From NCBI RefSeq assembly GCF_009914755.1, contig NC_060926.1: a stretch of 64,000 nt of DNA. One strand, given 5' to 3'. The translations under genes were made by a program, and so were the position numbers. Positions 23,646 through 36,060 of the stretch are shown here, piece by piece. Within the stretch, counting starts at the first letter, position 1, and each line of letters starts with the position of its first letter. The notes beneath the pieces were generated by a model. It saw nothing but the letters and a program-made list of their open reading frames with translations, was not told the origin of the DNA and searched no databases. The stretch is from the human T2T-CHM13v2.0 reference genome, Homo sapiens.

Positions 23646-24054
23646 TTAATTATTTTTAAAAGCATAAATTCCAGAATGTCTTCACCTCTTTCAGTTTTAC
23701 AGTCTTCATCTTTGTAAATGTGGTTGTCAACCTGTGCTTTTCCTTTCATAATTTATAATTCCCAATGGACATGACTTAGAAAGGAACACAGAAAGTAGTA
23801 TAATATGAAACGATGTTATGCAAATGGTATAATCATAGAATATTATATCATATGATCTTAAAATAACACAGAATGAGCATGACCCTCAGAATATCATAAA
23901 GCAAGTCTTTTTTTTTTTTTTATCTCTCTGCTTTCAATAGAGGTCATTTCACCTTGCCCCTAGATAGAAAGGTAGGTAGACACTATAAATGTTCTGCACA
24001 ATGTTAGATAATAGAGAGTCTTGTGACCACATTATCATAGAACTTACAGAGAGA

Positions 24055-24765
24055 TGGTCCATATGATGGAATATTGCTCAGTAATATAAAGAAACAGACT
24101 GGTGATATGTGCAACAATACGGATGCATCTCACATTATGGGAAGGAAGCCAGATACAAAAAGGCTACTTATTGAATCTGTATGTTCCCCACCAAAGGTAT
24201 ACATTGTGGGACAGCATTAGAAGATAGGGCCTTTGAGAAGTAATTAGGTCCTAAGGGCACCCCCCTAATGAATGGAATTAGTGCTTTTATTAAAGAGATC
24301 CAAGGTAGATAGACAGCCCCTTTCACTATGTGAGAGCAAAGTCAGAGGGTGCCATCTATGAACCAGGAAGTGGGACACTCAATAGACTTTGAATCTGTCA
24401 GTGGCTTGATCTTGGACTTCCCAGCCTCCAAAACTATGATAAATACATTTTGGTTGCTTATAAGCTACCCAGTGGGTTAGATTTTGTTATAGAAGCCTAA
24501 GTGGACTAAGACAGTTCATTTATACTACCTTCTGGAAAAAGAAAATGAAGGGGAAACAGAAATAAGATCAGTAGTTTCCAGTGGCCAGGTGATGGGGAGA
24601 TGGGGGATTGCCATAAAGGGGCGGGAGAAAACTTTCAAGGAGATGAAAATGTTCTTATTCCGATTTTGTTTGTGGTACAGGAATGTATGCATTTTACAAC
24701 ATTTATAGAACTATACACCTAAAAATTTTAATTTTCCTATATGTAAACTATCACTAAACTTGACT
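24055..24765 (+). mobile_element. L1ME/L1MD-like 3' fragment split by MLT1A0
   Basis: atggaatattgctcag...gaagccagatacaaaa; agatcagtagtttcc...gatgaaaatgttct...tagaactatacac. Confidence 0.7.
24165..24513 (+). mobile_element. MLT1A0-like MaLR LTR
   Basis: gggcctttg...taattaggtc; tctatgaaccaggaag; cttgatcttggacttcccagcctcca; ends ggactaagaca. Confidence 0.85.
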
Positions 24766-25129
24766 TACACACATACACACACAAAAACATGGTTGAGAAA
24801 TGACTGTGTCAATCAAAGACACCCATCAATGTTCTGAACTCGATTTAAAGTAAAATATTTACCCTCTCTCCCATCCCCTTATCATAGTTAGAATTTGAGC
24901 ATAGAACATAGAGATATGGTTGAATTATTCCTTTTCTTCTGCCCGGGAAATTACATCCTCCAGATTTTAAAAAAAAAGTGAAAGAAGAATATATGTTAAA
25001 CTTCTTAACTGAACTAGTATCTTCATAGTAATTCTGAGAGATAATTCCTATTAAAATATTTTCAAAGCTTTCAGAAATAGGTTAGGTAGGAGTTTGGGGC
25101 TTAGAAAAGTCTGAATTGGACTGATATTA

Positions 25130-25348
25130 TGATGATATTATTGATTTCTTACCATGTATTAATCACTGGAACTTTTATTATAACCATTTCTTGGAAGGAG
25201 AAACTGAAGGCATAAAGGATTACAGATTAAATCATTTTCAAGAGTCACTCAGCTTTTCCTTGGTTTTTGAACAAAATCAAATAGCCAGTATTTGATCCCA
25301 GAGAATCTGACCCAGGAGTCCATGCTTTTGCTGTGCGTCATACACTGC
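25130..25348 (-). mobile_element. MIR
   Basis: gagaaactgaagg...tttgatcccag...tctgacccaggagtccatgct. Confidence 0.6.
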
Positions 25349-25852
25349 AGAGCTTTAGGTTTGCTAATGCTAGCAGATGTTGAAAACTGACTTTCTTGTA
25401 GGTGCTTTTCCATAATTTTGAAGTTTCCATTTGCAGATTTTCACTTATCCATTTCCCAGAAATCTGCTCGAAATGACTTTTCATCTCCTAGGGCATTCTC
25501 GCTAAGTTTCTGGATGACTGCTACCTCTGCCTCTCTGAGACAGGATGATCCTGTGAAACATGCATGCATCTCTGCCCCTCATGCCCTGACCTGCTCTAGG
25601 GGAGCCCCCATCCCCTGCTTCCACAGTCTGTTTTAGCATTATTAGTCAGGAGTCAGTGCTAGCTCTCCGTTTTTTTCAAAGAAGGAGGCATATTTAAATT
25701 CTGAATGATCCCAATAAAGCCTCCTCACAAGATTTTCTGTGAGGTAGGTAGATTTCAGCCCCTCCACCCCCACCAAGCATGCACATTTGTGCATACGAGG
25801 CTTGATCTGAAGAAGGTAGACCTCTCCTCTCACCCCCACACCCTTCCACCCC

Positions 25853-26410
25853 TGAGGTCAGCTTAATGGGCTGTGGCCAGTGCAGTTGTACAGGACACAA
25901 TGCTCAGGAAGGGTTTCAAACCAGGATTTAATTCTCTATGTTCACCATTTGAAATGTTTGATAGTTTTGTTTGTAATTTGTGTTTTGCAAGTGAAGTCAA
26001 ATGGGACAATAGAATATGTGCTGGGAGATTGAAGGCAGATGTTGGAAACTGACTTTTTCGTAGGTGCATTTATACGAAGAGATTGGAGCCTCAAGTAAGT
26101 TCCTATGTCCCTGCCTCCTCCACCTTCCGACCTCCTTGGCATGGGTCCTTCAACTCCAGCAGGGGCCTGAACAGGTACAGGGAGGGTCAGGTTGACACAG
26201 GCATCCCAAGAACAGTCATCACCTGTTCTTACTCAGTGATATTGCTATACCTGAGAGAATGCAATATTAAACAGCAGATAAAATACTCTATGATGCATCA
26301 AAAAGAAGAAAGTAAAAAGAACAAAACCACTTTTTTTTTTTTTGCTTCTTAAACAAGATCCCTGCATATTCATTTTGTATTAGGCCCTGAGAATTACGTA
26401 GCTAACCCTG
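25853..26410 (+). mobile_element. MER45B/C-like hAT-Tip100 DNA transposon
   Basis: 5' gtcagcttaatggg...tgcagttgtacagg; internal tttgtgttttgcaagtgaagtcaaatgggacaat; 3' tcattttgtattaggccc...aattacgtagctaaccctg. Confidence 0.75.
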
Positions 26411-26929
26411 TACCCACCCACTCCTTCCTTTTGGGCAGCGAAAGAGCCACACAGTCTGGCTACAGCCTTCTCCAAAAAGATTCTTATATGAGTCTAAATA
26501 CTTTTTTCTCTTCACCCTTTTTTTTTTAATATCCTTAATCTGTCTTGAGGTACAAGAGTTGTGGAATTACTTCTAAAATGTATTTTGGTTTACAAACTTC
26601 ACATCTATTCTATTTGATCTCTTGTTCAAATTTCCATTTTTTACATTCTGTTAAAAAATGTGAAAGTATTATTTTTTTCTGTCTTTAACACGTCTCATTT
26701 TTTAGCTTAGCTCTACATCTGGGGATGCCGTTGTTATGTTTTTAGTTACTGTTGGTGAGCTGGAGGTTGAAGCCCTGTCTTGAGAAGGTTATGTTAAGGA
26801 AAATCAATGTTTGTCGTTGATTTCTAATTAAAATTAACATAGTAACCACTCATGAAGTCCTAATGCTGTGCATTTTCATATTTTAAGTAACAATAAAAAT
26901 GCTTTAAAGCTGCTGAGCTAAAATTATAA

Positions 26930-27078
26930 TTTTATTTTTTCCCTTTAATTTTTAGTTGAAATGTAATAATTACACATATTTATGGGATACAGAGTGATAT
27001 CTGGATACATGTAAACATGCATATCCATCAGACAAAATTATAGCCAGGTAGGAGGAATAAATTATAGTGTTCTATAGA
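26930..27078 (-). mobile_element. Very short L1MA 3' end with inverted 5' piece
   Basis: Minus-strand 3' end (catatttatgggatacagagtgatat) joined to plus-strand 3'UTR (acaaaattatagccaggtaggaggaataa...gtgttctata). Confidence 0.65.
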
Positions 27079-27120
27079 CCTGGAATTGTTTCTTAAAGGG
27101 AAACTCTGTTGTATGAAAAG

Positions 27121-27345
27121 TAACAATAATAACAAGCACCATTTTAAGTGCATTACATACCTTAACTCATTTTAACTTCACGATGATTTGATGAGGTGAG
27201 TATGATTATTAACTCCATCTTGTAGATGAATTTGAGTGAGATAGAGGTTAATAAATTGCCATTTTACCAGATTAGCAAGTGGTCTAACCAGAATTTAAAC
27301 CCAAACGCTTTAGCTCCAGAATCCAGGCCCTTGTTTACCTGGGTA
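27121..27345 (-). mobile_element. MIR
   Basis: aactcattt...tgaggtgagtatgattatt...agatga...tttaaaccca...ctccagaatcc. Confidence 0.75.
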
Positions 27346-27412
27346 CACTACTAGTTGAAGGTACTAAAAATGTTTCTCTTTCTAAAAAATGTTTATTTAT
27401 TTGATCTGAGAG

Positions 27413-28522
27413 TATCGGGGGAACCAGCCCCCAATATTTCAATGTAGGTTCTTTTCTATTTTCCCTAAGTGTCAGCCAGTCTCAGAAATAAAGAGAAAGA
27501 GTACAAAGAGAAGAATTTTACAGCTGGGCTGCTGGGGATGACATCACATATCAGCAGGTTCCATGATGCCCACTTGAGCTGCAAAACCAGCAAGTTTTTA
27601 TTAGGGATTTTAGAAGGGGAGGGTATGTATGAACAGGGAGTAGGTCACAAGGATCACATGCTTCAAAGGGCAATAAAAGATCACAAAGCAGAGGGTAGAG
27701 CAAGATCACAAGGCAAGGGCGAAATTAGAATTATTGATGAAGGTCCATGTCTCACTGGGCACTCATTGTCTTGATAAACATCTTAACAGGAAACAGGGTT
27801 TGAGAGCAGACAACCAGTCTGACTAGAATTTACCAGGCTGGAACTTCCCAAGCCTAGTAAGCCTGAGGGCACTGCAGGAGACCAGGGCTTATTTCATCCC
27901 TTATCTCAACCACATAAGACAGACATTCCCAGAGCAGCCATGTATAGACCTACCCCTGGTAATGCATTCCTTCCCCAGAGTTATCAATTATTAATATTCC
28001 TTGCTGGGAAAAGAATTCAGCAATATTTTGCCTACTCACACATCCATCTATATGCTCCCTGCAAGAAGAAAAATATGGCTCTATTCTGCCCGACCCCGCA
28101 GGCAGTCAAACCTTATGGTTATCTCCCTTGTTCCCTGAAAATTGCTGTTATTCTTTCCTTTTTCAGGTTGCACTGATTTCATATTGTTCAAGCACACATG
28201 TTTTACAAACAATTTGTACAGTTAACACAATCATGACAGGGTCCTGAGGAGACATACATCCTCAGCTTACAAATGTGACAGGATTAAGAGATTAAAGTAA
28301 AAACAGGCAAAGGAAATTATAAGAGTATTTACTGGGGAAGTGATAAATGTCCATGAAATCTTCACAATTTATGTTCAGAGATTGCGGTTAAGACAGGCGT
28401 AAGAAATTATAAAAGTATTAATTTTGGGAACTAATAAATTTCCATGAAATCTTCACAATTTATGTTCTTCTGCCACGGCCTCAGCCGGTCCCTCCATTTG
28501 GGGTCCCTGATGTCCCGCAACA
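27413..28522 (-). mobile_element. MER11 (MER11A-like) solo LTR of ERVK/HML-8
   Basis: Plus strand runs tatcgggggaaccagcccccaata...gtccctgatgtcccgcaaca, the reverse complement of MER11. Perfect 6-bp TSD tgagag (27407-27412 / 28523-28528). Confidence 0.93.
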
Positions 28523-28740
28523 TGAGAGACCAAAACATATGCCCCCTTCATCAACTAAGATAGTCCCTAAGATAAGGAAACAAAAGTAGCCTAAGGGTTC
28601 AGGGTTTGGGGCCTGGCTGGTATGGTAGCTTCCTAAATTCCTAAGGCTACAAGAAAAAAACACATTCTTTCTGAACTTCCTAACAATAGGAGCTATGGGT
28701 CAAATTCCTAACTCTAATTTACAAGCCAGACCACTAGAAC
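28523..28740 (+). mobile_element. MER67-like ERV1 LTR, 5' fragment
   Basis: tgagagaccaaaa...tcaactaaga...ccctaag.taaggaaacaaaagt...ctaacaataggagcta. Confidence 0.55.
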
Positions 28741-28784
28741 AATGTTCTTTAGCACAGGAAAATTTCTTGCAGATTTATAAAGAG

Positions 28785-29010
28785 TAACATTAATACTATT
28801 TATTTATTCATGGAGGGGTCATTATGCAAAAAGCAATGGAACATGCTTTTCATATTTTATCTTTTAGTTTTCAAAACAACTCTCTTAAGTAGTATTAGTC
28901 CCAGTTTAAAATGAAGAAATTGAAGCTTAGAAAGGATGAGAACTTGAGCTCACTCATACAGCTACTAAATGTGGCAGCAATTTATTTCAAATCCAGGTCT
29001 GCATGAAATG
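28785..29010 (-). mobile_element. MIR
   Basis: atgaagaaattgaagcttagaaag...acagctactaaatg...tttcaaatccaggtctg. Confidence 0.75.
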
Positions 29011-29084
29011 CCGTGCATGTACTATAGTGCTGAAGAGCATTGCATCTTCACTATTACCGTGGCTTGCAAACAGCTTGCATTCAA

Positions 29085-29250
29085 CCCCAGCCAGCTCTCT
29101 CCTGAGATCCCATTTTGTGCATCTATTACATCAGGTTGTTATCTTTAAATTAGCCACGGTGAGGGTATTTACACTACGGCAGTCCACAAAGACTACAAAT
29201 CATGGTTCCCCCACTGCCTTCAGAGAGCTGGCTTACCAGCACACTATTGT
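29085..29250 (+). mobile_element. MER63A-like hAT-Blackjack element
   Basis: gccacggtgagggtatttacactacgg...ctacaaatca...gagagctggcttaccagcacactattg. Confidence 0.7.
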
Positions 29251-29543
29251 GTATGACCTAGAGCAGATTACTTAACATTTATGCAGTCTTTCAATTTGCC
29301 ACCACTTCCTGATTTACTTTTGTCATTTATACTCCCTGAGCTCTTTCCCACTTGACTAGAAAATTTTTCTCCATTGATTTCTTGTCTGGACTGTTGATAC
29401 AACTGAAGTTAGTCTTCCTCTGTTTCTGTCTGTGCTCCACACTTCTGCCAGAACCATTATTTTTTCGGATTCATTTTTGTTTGACAATAAAAATTAAAAT
29501 ATCATGAAATGTCAAGTTTAATGTGTCAACGTCCATGTGGTTA

Positions 29544-30331
29544 TGATATGGACAGGAGGCAGGAAAACACTGGGTAAAAGAGGGTGGTTCCCCAGCAAAG
29601 GTCCCACTCTCAAGCCTGGAAACCACAGCCCTAAGTAAGAACAGTTATCCCTGTTTTCCCACCCAAATGTTGCCTTTTTGACCCACCCCACTCCTGTATT
29701 CTGTGCCCATATAAGCCCCAGACCTCAGCTGGCAGAGAGATAAGTGGCTGAATGTCGAGAGGGGAAGGAGCAACTGAGTGTCAGAGACTACAGAGAGATG
29801 CGGCTCAACTTCAGAGGACATGACTTCAGAGTGGAGCCCAGCTGGAGCTGGCCGGGCTTTAGAGGAAGATCCCCTTCTTCCTGCACCATCTCCTTTCCAG
29901 CTCCCCTTCGGCTGAGAGCCATTTCCACTGTTTAATAAAATCCTCTGCATTCATCACCTTTCGAATCGTTCATGAGACCTGATTCTTCCTGAATGCCGAG
30001 CAAGAACTCAGGTGTCAAAAGGGCAGGTGCAGAAGGCTGTCACACTGATTCTTCACTGAGCTGTTTAACACTGAAGCCATCAGCCGAGAGCAAAGCTAAA
30101 AGAGCATTAATTGTAACACATCCCTACACACTGCCATGGGACTGGAGGCCAAAAAAGCTCACCCCGCCCCGGCACCCACTCAACTGTGTGCTGCCTCCCG
30201 TGAGGGGTTGAGCACAGTGGGTTTGAGTGAGTGAAGTTTGTCCCCGCCAGTGTTGAAATGGCTGGCTGGACCCAGAGCTGGTGCACTTCAGTTCTTGCCT
30301 ACAAAAGGGTCAAGGAGACTCTCCCATCTCA
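29544..30331 (+). mobile_element. MER50-family ERV1 solo LTR
   Basis: tgatatggacaggaggcagg...ctcaagcctggaaacc...actctcccatctca; 4-bp TSD gtta (29540-29543 / 30332-30335). Confidence 0.9.
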
Positions 30332-30524
30332 GTTATCCCCAGTACTGTGATTCTTCACTAACGCAGAATGTATCACAAAATGTCTTGAAAATAAACCCTT
30401 TATTGACTCTCAATCTCAAGAAAATAAAAAAGAAGCTCAGTGGAATATAAAGACTCATTATAATCTGGCCCCTGTCTACCCTCAATCTGATATCCTGGCC
30501 AACCCTTCCACACTGACTTTCTGT

Positions 30525-30730
30525 GGCTGTGTTGCTTAATGGTTCAGAGCTCAGGCTCTAGAGCCAGATAGAGTGCTTGGGCTGGAAGCACTATATCTGT
30601 TGTGGTTTAAATATGCTTATAAGTTTTGTGAAGATTAATCAACCTAGGCAAATGGACTTGAAACAAACCTTAGCACATACTAAGTTATGTAAATGTAAGT
30701 CATTATTTTGTTTTTAGTTTTATTATCATC
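30525..30730 (+). mobile_element. MIR
   Basis: tggttcagagctcaggctctagagccaga...gtgaagattaa...gcacatactaag. Confidence 0.7.
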
Positions 30731-31104
30731 ATTGTGAATAGCCTTTTCTTATTTGGTTTGATCATTTAAAATTGGAGGTAAGATATTGTTAAATACTTTC
30801 TGAAATTTAGCCATATGATTCAATTGAATTGAGTGTTCAATACCAGAATATTCATTTAATTACCAAGCTTTTGGAAAGATAATAGATCTATTTGAAGGAC
30901 ATAATGAAAAAGAAGACAGCAGCACAAAATGCTGGCCTCACTCTTCATCCCTATTAAGCTCCTACCTATGATACATGGATAGTTGGGGAGTGGGGGGTGG
31001 TGAAGGGAGAGAAATAGAACAAAACAAACCCAAACCAACTTTATATAAAACCATTTCATATGAAACTCTTCATAAGAATTTCCCTTGATAGCCCATGATG
31101 ATAC

Positions 31105-31460
31105 CATGTCTTTGGACATTGTTACTTGCCTCCTCTCTAATCAGAACAGCCTGTATTCCTCACCTTCTTTGGCTTTTATCTGACAAACCCATTTACCCCT
31201 CAAGCTCCAGTTCACGAGTAAACTATTCTTGGAAATCACCTCCGATCTCCTTAGATGTAGTATATCATTCCCTCCATCGTGTGCCCTGCACCAGGGGCAT
31301 ACCACTAACTTTAATTTATTAATTTGTATTGTGAGTTATTTGTAGGTGATCCAGTTTGTAAATAACAGAATGTGAGATCCCTTGGGACTGGGTTGTTTTA
31401 TCCTAATTATCTAGAACAGTGGGAATGGATATACTCAACCAACATTTGTTAAATTGCATT
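31105..31460 (+). mobile_element. L2 3' end
   Basis: agaatgtgagatccctt...tctagaacagtg...actcaaccaacatttgttaaattg. Confidence 0.65.
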
Positions 31461-32474
31461 GCAATACATCAAATGGTGTTTAAGTGAGAAGAAATCATAC
31501 CACATAGGGGTTTTGTGTTTTGTCTATACCTAGGGAGCATTATATGTATGCAGGACACCAATAATGTATCTTCAGTGATGGGGTGGTAGATATTTACCGA
31601 GTTAAATTCATACTGACAAGTTGGGGGTTTTCCCCAGATATATTTATCTTGAGGCTCTACCTCTAGCACAAAATAGTAGAATGTTAGAGATAATTTATTT
31701 TTACTGACTAATTTTATAGAACAGAGACTGACTCAGGTTAATATATTGACAATTTTTACAGAGCTAAGTAGGAGAAGATCAAGTAGTTGAAACCAATTCT
31801 ACCTGTCTCTAAAAAACACTTTAGGTTGTAATCTTTTGTTTCCCCCAAACTGTAAGTTTCATCTCAAATGGTTCACTTGTTTTGACTAGCCTTTTTTGTG
31901 CAATTCAGTACTGAATTTTAGACATCATATGTCTCATACCTAGCTCCAATCAGCTGCTATCTACTGTTATGTAATAAGTAGTGTGTAATATGCAATACAT
32001 AGATATTGAACTTTCTTGACCCATTGTCCAAATATAATTTAGATAAGTTTCTCTAATGTATTTTTTCCTCAGCTTTGACCTTGACTCATCAAATTATTTC
32101 ATGATTTTGTGGGTTTTCTTTTCCTTTTTTGAAGTTTTTATGTTAAGATTATGATTCTTAAGTCAATACTTAGACAACTGAAGATACATGTCCTTACAGG
32201 GCAAGCTGTTTATCTCAACTTTTTCCTCCCATAAATGACAATTATATGATTTTGCAATGTTTGCTGAAAAATAATAAGAATCAACAACAGTTAAGAGTTC
32301 AAGAAAGACTTAAAGCAGGTAACAAGATGATGCTAAGAGAATGTCAATAATGTGATTAATACTGTTTCTTGTGAAACATGTTTTTTTTTTCTGACCAAAA
32401 ATCGTTCATTTCCTCTAACGTACACTCTGAAGAGATGAGAGAGAAAGAAATAGATATGTATCTAAATCTATGCA

Positions 32475-33775
32475 CAACAGATTTATTGAAATATTATATA
32501 CATCCCATAAAATACGTCTATTTAAAGTGTACAATTCAATGGTTTTTAGTATATACATTGAGTTATGCAGTCATAACCACAATCAATTTTGGAACATTTT
32601 TATCACCCCCCAAAAAACTCTTTATACATTAGCAGTCACTCCTATTACTCCTCCTACCTACCTGGCCCTAAGTAAGCACTAATCTACTTACTTTTCTACA
32701 AATCTGCCTATTCGGGATATTTCATGCAAAATAAATCATATAATATGTTTTCTTTTGTGAGTTATTTCTTTCAGTTAGCATAATGTTTTCAAGTTTCATT
32801 CATATTGTACCATGAATCAGTACTTTATTATTGCAGAATAATATTCTATTATATGGATGTACCCAATTTTATTTTTCTGTTTATAGACATTTGGGTAGTT
32901 TTTCACTTTTTGACTATTATGAATAATGTTATAGACATTTATGCACAAGTTTGCGGTGGATAGTTTTTTGTTTTTCTTGGATATATACCTAGGAGTTGAA
33001 TTGCTGTCATATGGTAACTCTATGTTTAAACATTTGAGGAACGACAGACTGTTTTGCAAAGCAGCACTTTACATTCCAATCAAAAATTTATGAGGGTTTC
33101 AGTTTCTCCACATCCTTCCCAGTAATTGATACTCTGTTCCGTTTGTTACAACAGTTCTAGTGTGAGTGCAGTAGTATTTCATGTGATTTTGCTTTGCATT
33201 TCTTTCTTGGCTGATGATGCTGAGCATATGTTAATTTGCCTAATGGCCATTTGTATACCTTTTATGGAAAAATGTTTATTCTGCTCCTTTGCCCATTTTT
33301 AAATTGGGTTATTCGTCTTTTCTTGAGTTGAGTTCTAAGAGTAGAGTTCTTTATATATCCTGAATCTAAGTACCTTAACAGATATATGATTTGCAAATAT
33401 TTTGTCTCATTCTTTCGCTGCACTGTTTCTACTTTCTCAATGGTACTATTTATAGCATGATGGTTTTTAATTTAGATAAAGCACACTTTATTCTTTTTTT
33501 ATTTTCTCAATTTCACTTTTGGTAGCATATCTAAGAAAGCTTTGGCTAACCTGAAGTCACAAGTATTTACTATTACGGCTTGTTATTGTGAATTTTTAGT
33601 TGTTTTAGCTCTTACATTTAAGTCTATTATGTATTTTGAATTACTTTTTGTGTATAGTATGGGAAAGGTATTTTGACTTTATTCTTTCACATGTGAATAT
33701 CTAGTTGTCTCAGGACTGTTTGTTGAAAAGATTATTTTTTCCTTAGGGAACTGGCTTTGTACTCTTGTTAAATAT
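32475..33775 (-). mobile_element. L1MB-family 3' fragment
   Basis: tttattgaaata...aaagtgtacaattcaatggtttttagtata...ttagcagtcactcc, followed by the ORF2 C-terminus in reverse. Confidence 0.85.
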
Positions 33776-34439
33776 CATGCAATCTTGAATAAATAGAAGG
33801 AACTAATTTATTAAAGGAGAATATTTACAGATATATACTAAATATATTAAAGATAACTGGTTAAAATATTTTAAAAATGCCAAAATTATGTTTGTAACTT
33901 GTTAACATGATCAGGATTCTGAATTCTACTTGTATTAAAATAAATATTTTAATGCATACATCATATTTAATAATTATAAATTAATATTTATTTATTGCTA
34001 TGTTTAGCTGATGACATTAGATAAACACAAAAGATTATATTTCTTAGTCATAAGTACTAAAAAATGGTTATGTTAAAGACATGGTTATGTTAAATTTGGG
34101 CTTATTTTAGGCAGCTGGTTCCAGCACAAAACAAAATTAAACTTAGCAGTCCTCACAATGTATTTAGCTTTTCTGATAGTATAATAGCCATGTTAAAAGT
34201 CACACAGTGACCAGAAATTGAATCAAACATCCCTGTTGTTTGCTGATTAGATCTGGGCAAGTTTCAAATTTGCTGAACCCAGGAGCACTGGAAGAACATT
34301 TTGTGTGACTTTCTTCTGCTTTGAGATCATAAGGGATCAGGTAGTGGCAACTGCAAACATGGGAAGGGAAGTTAACTTAGAGGGAGGTGGGAATAGGGAA
34401 AATGAAGATGAATCAAAGTAGGAGAAGCTTCTTACAGCA

Positions 34440-34600
34440 GACCTGTATTCCAGAGCAGGCTACCCACCCACTCTACACCTCCTTTCTCCTTCCACAATCA
34501 CAAGTTTAGCTGGGCACTTTGCCACCCATAAAGTAAACCACATTTTCCAGGCTCTCTTCCAGAGAAGTGTGGCCATGAGACTGAGTTCTGGCAAAGATTT
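34440..34600 (+). mobile_element. LTR33-like ERVL LTR fragment
   Basis: tagctgggcac...acattttccagg...gtgtggccatgagactgagttctggc. Confidence 0.45.
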
Positions 34601-34964
34601 AAGCATACTTAATACATTTATTTAAGCAATTATATAAAGATAATGGGAGATTTTTAAGAGCCCTCTATAAAGGAAGTGATACATTAAAGAAGGAAACTAG
34701 TCATTAATATTAATGAGAGAGAGGGAGAGAGAGAGAGAGACAGACAGATAACAAGGAAATATAAATGCAACAAATTACAGGTGGTGAATCTGGACAAAGG
34801 ATATGCGGAGGTTCTTTGTACTATTCTTGCAATCTTCTGTAAGATTGAAATTACCTCTAAATAAAATCATGTTAACAAAAGAAGTTTAAAAAAAAACAAA
34901 AACAAAAGAAGTTGTACTGGTAACTAAAATTCTTCCTTCCCAAAGACGCTAGGAAAAAAAAAAG

Positions 34965-36060
34965 TTTCCATTTAAAATAATTCAAATTTACAGGAAAGTT
35001 GCAAAAATAATACAGAGTTTATGTGTATATTTTCTCTGCTTGCTCTACTACTCACATCTTGCATAATCATATGTACTTGTCACAAGGTGTTAATACTAGG
35101 ACAACACTACTAACACACCAGCAGATTTTATTCAGATCAATTTTGCTGGGTTTTCCACCAATCTACTTTTTTTTTTTTCTCCTTTTTTTTGGAGACAGAG
35201 TCCCACTCTGTCCCCCAGGCTGAAGTGCAGTGAGTGGCGTGATCTCGGCTCACTGCAATCTCCGCCTCCCGGGTTCAAGCAATTCTCCCACCTCAGCCTC
35301 CCAAGAAGCTGGGATTACAGGTGCCTGCTGCCACACTCAGCTAATTTCTTTTTTTTTTTTTGTATTTGTAGTACAGATGGGGTTTCACCATGTTAGCCAG
35401 GCTGGTCTTGAACTCCTGACCTCAGGTGATCCGCCTGCCTCAGCCTCCCAAAATGCTGGGATTACAGGAGTGAGCCACTGCGCCTGGTCCTCACCAAACT
35501 ACTTTTGTATCCCACATTTATTATGCCTTCTTACTGTCCTCTAATCTATAAACATTCCTCAGTTATTCTGTGTTTTTCCTGACCTCGACACTTTTGAAGA
35601 ATACTGGTCGGGTCTTTAAAAAAAATATCCCTCAGCTTCGATTTATTTGCTGTTTCTCACAATTAGGCTGGACTCATGCAGTTGTGGCAAGGAATACCCA
35701 AAGAGTGATGTACTTTTCTCAGTGGCTCATGTAAGGAGGTATGTGGTGGCAACCCAGCTTAATGCTGGTGATATTAAGCTTGATCACTTATCTAAGGCTG
35801 GGAATGTTGGTTTTCTCTGATGTAGAGTTATTATTTTTCCTTTGTAATTAATAAATATCATGGGTAATTGCAGACTACAACAGGAGTTACACCTCAAAAT
35901 TATACCCACTAATTATAGGTTTCATCGGTGGATCCGTCTTGAAACAATTGCTACTGTAATGTTCTAGTGTTGATTTTTAATCCTCCTCTTTCATTTTTTA
36001 AGGATGAACTGATTTTTCCGACTCATTTATTTATTTACCCAATTATTTATTTATTTAGAT
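34965..36060 (-). mobile_element. L1MC-like 3' fragment split by an Alu
   Basis: aaataattcaaatttacaggaaagttgcaaaaataatacagag; acacttttgaagaatactggtc; cttgatcactt. Confidence 0.7.
35167..35489 (-). mobile_element. AluSx-like
   Basis: Full dimer with gacctcaggtgatcc; TSD caccaatctactt / caccaaactactt. Confidence 0.95.

Noticed and set aside
25723-25744. Hairpin cctcacaagattttctgtgagg
   Set aside because: Matches the MIR core motif (cctcacaac..ctgtgaggtagg), so it is an ordinary MIR remnant.
28314-28468. ~90-bp direct repeat (aaattata...ccatgaaatcttcacaatttatgttc) that could be read as a repeat-spacer array
   Set aside because: Intrinsic to the MER11 LTR; only two units; eukaryotic DNA, so not CRISPR.
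35230-35544. 104-aa ORF (also 55884-56267 and 56040-56291)
   Set aside because: Typical Alu-derived translations.
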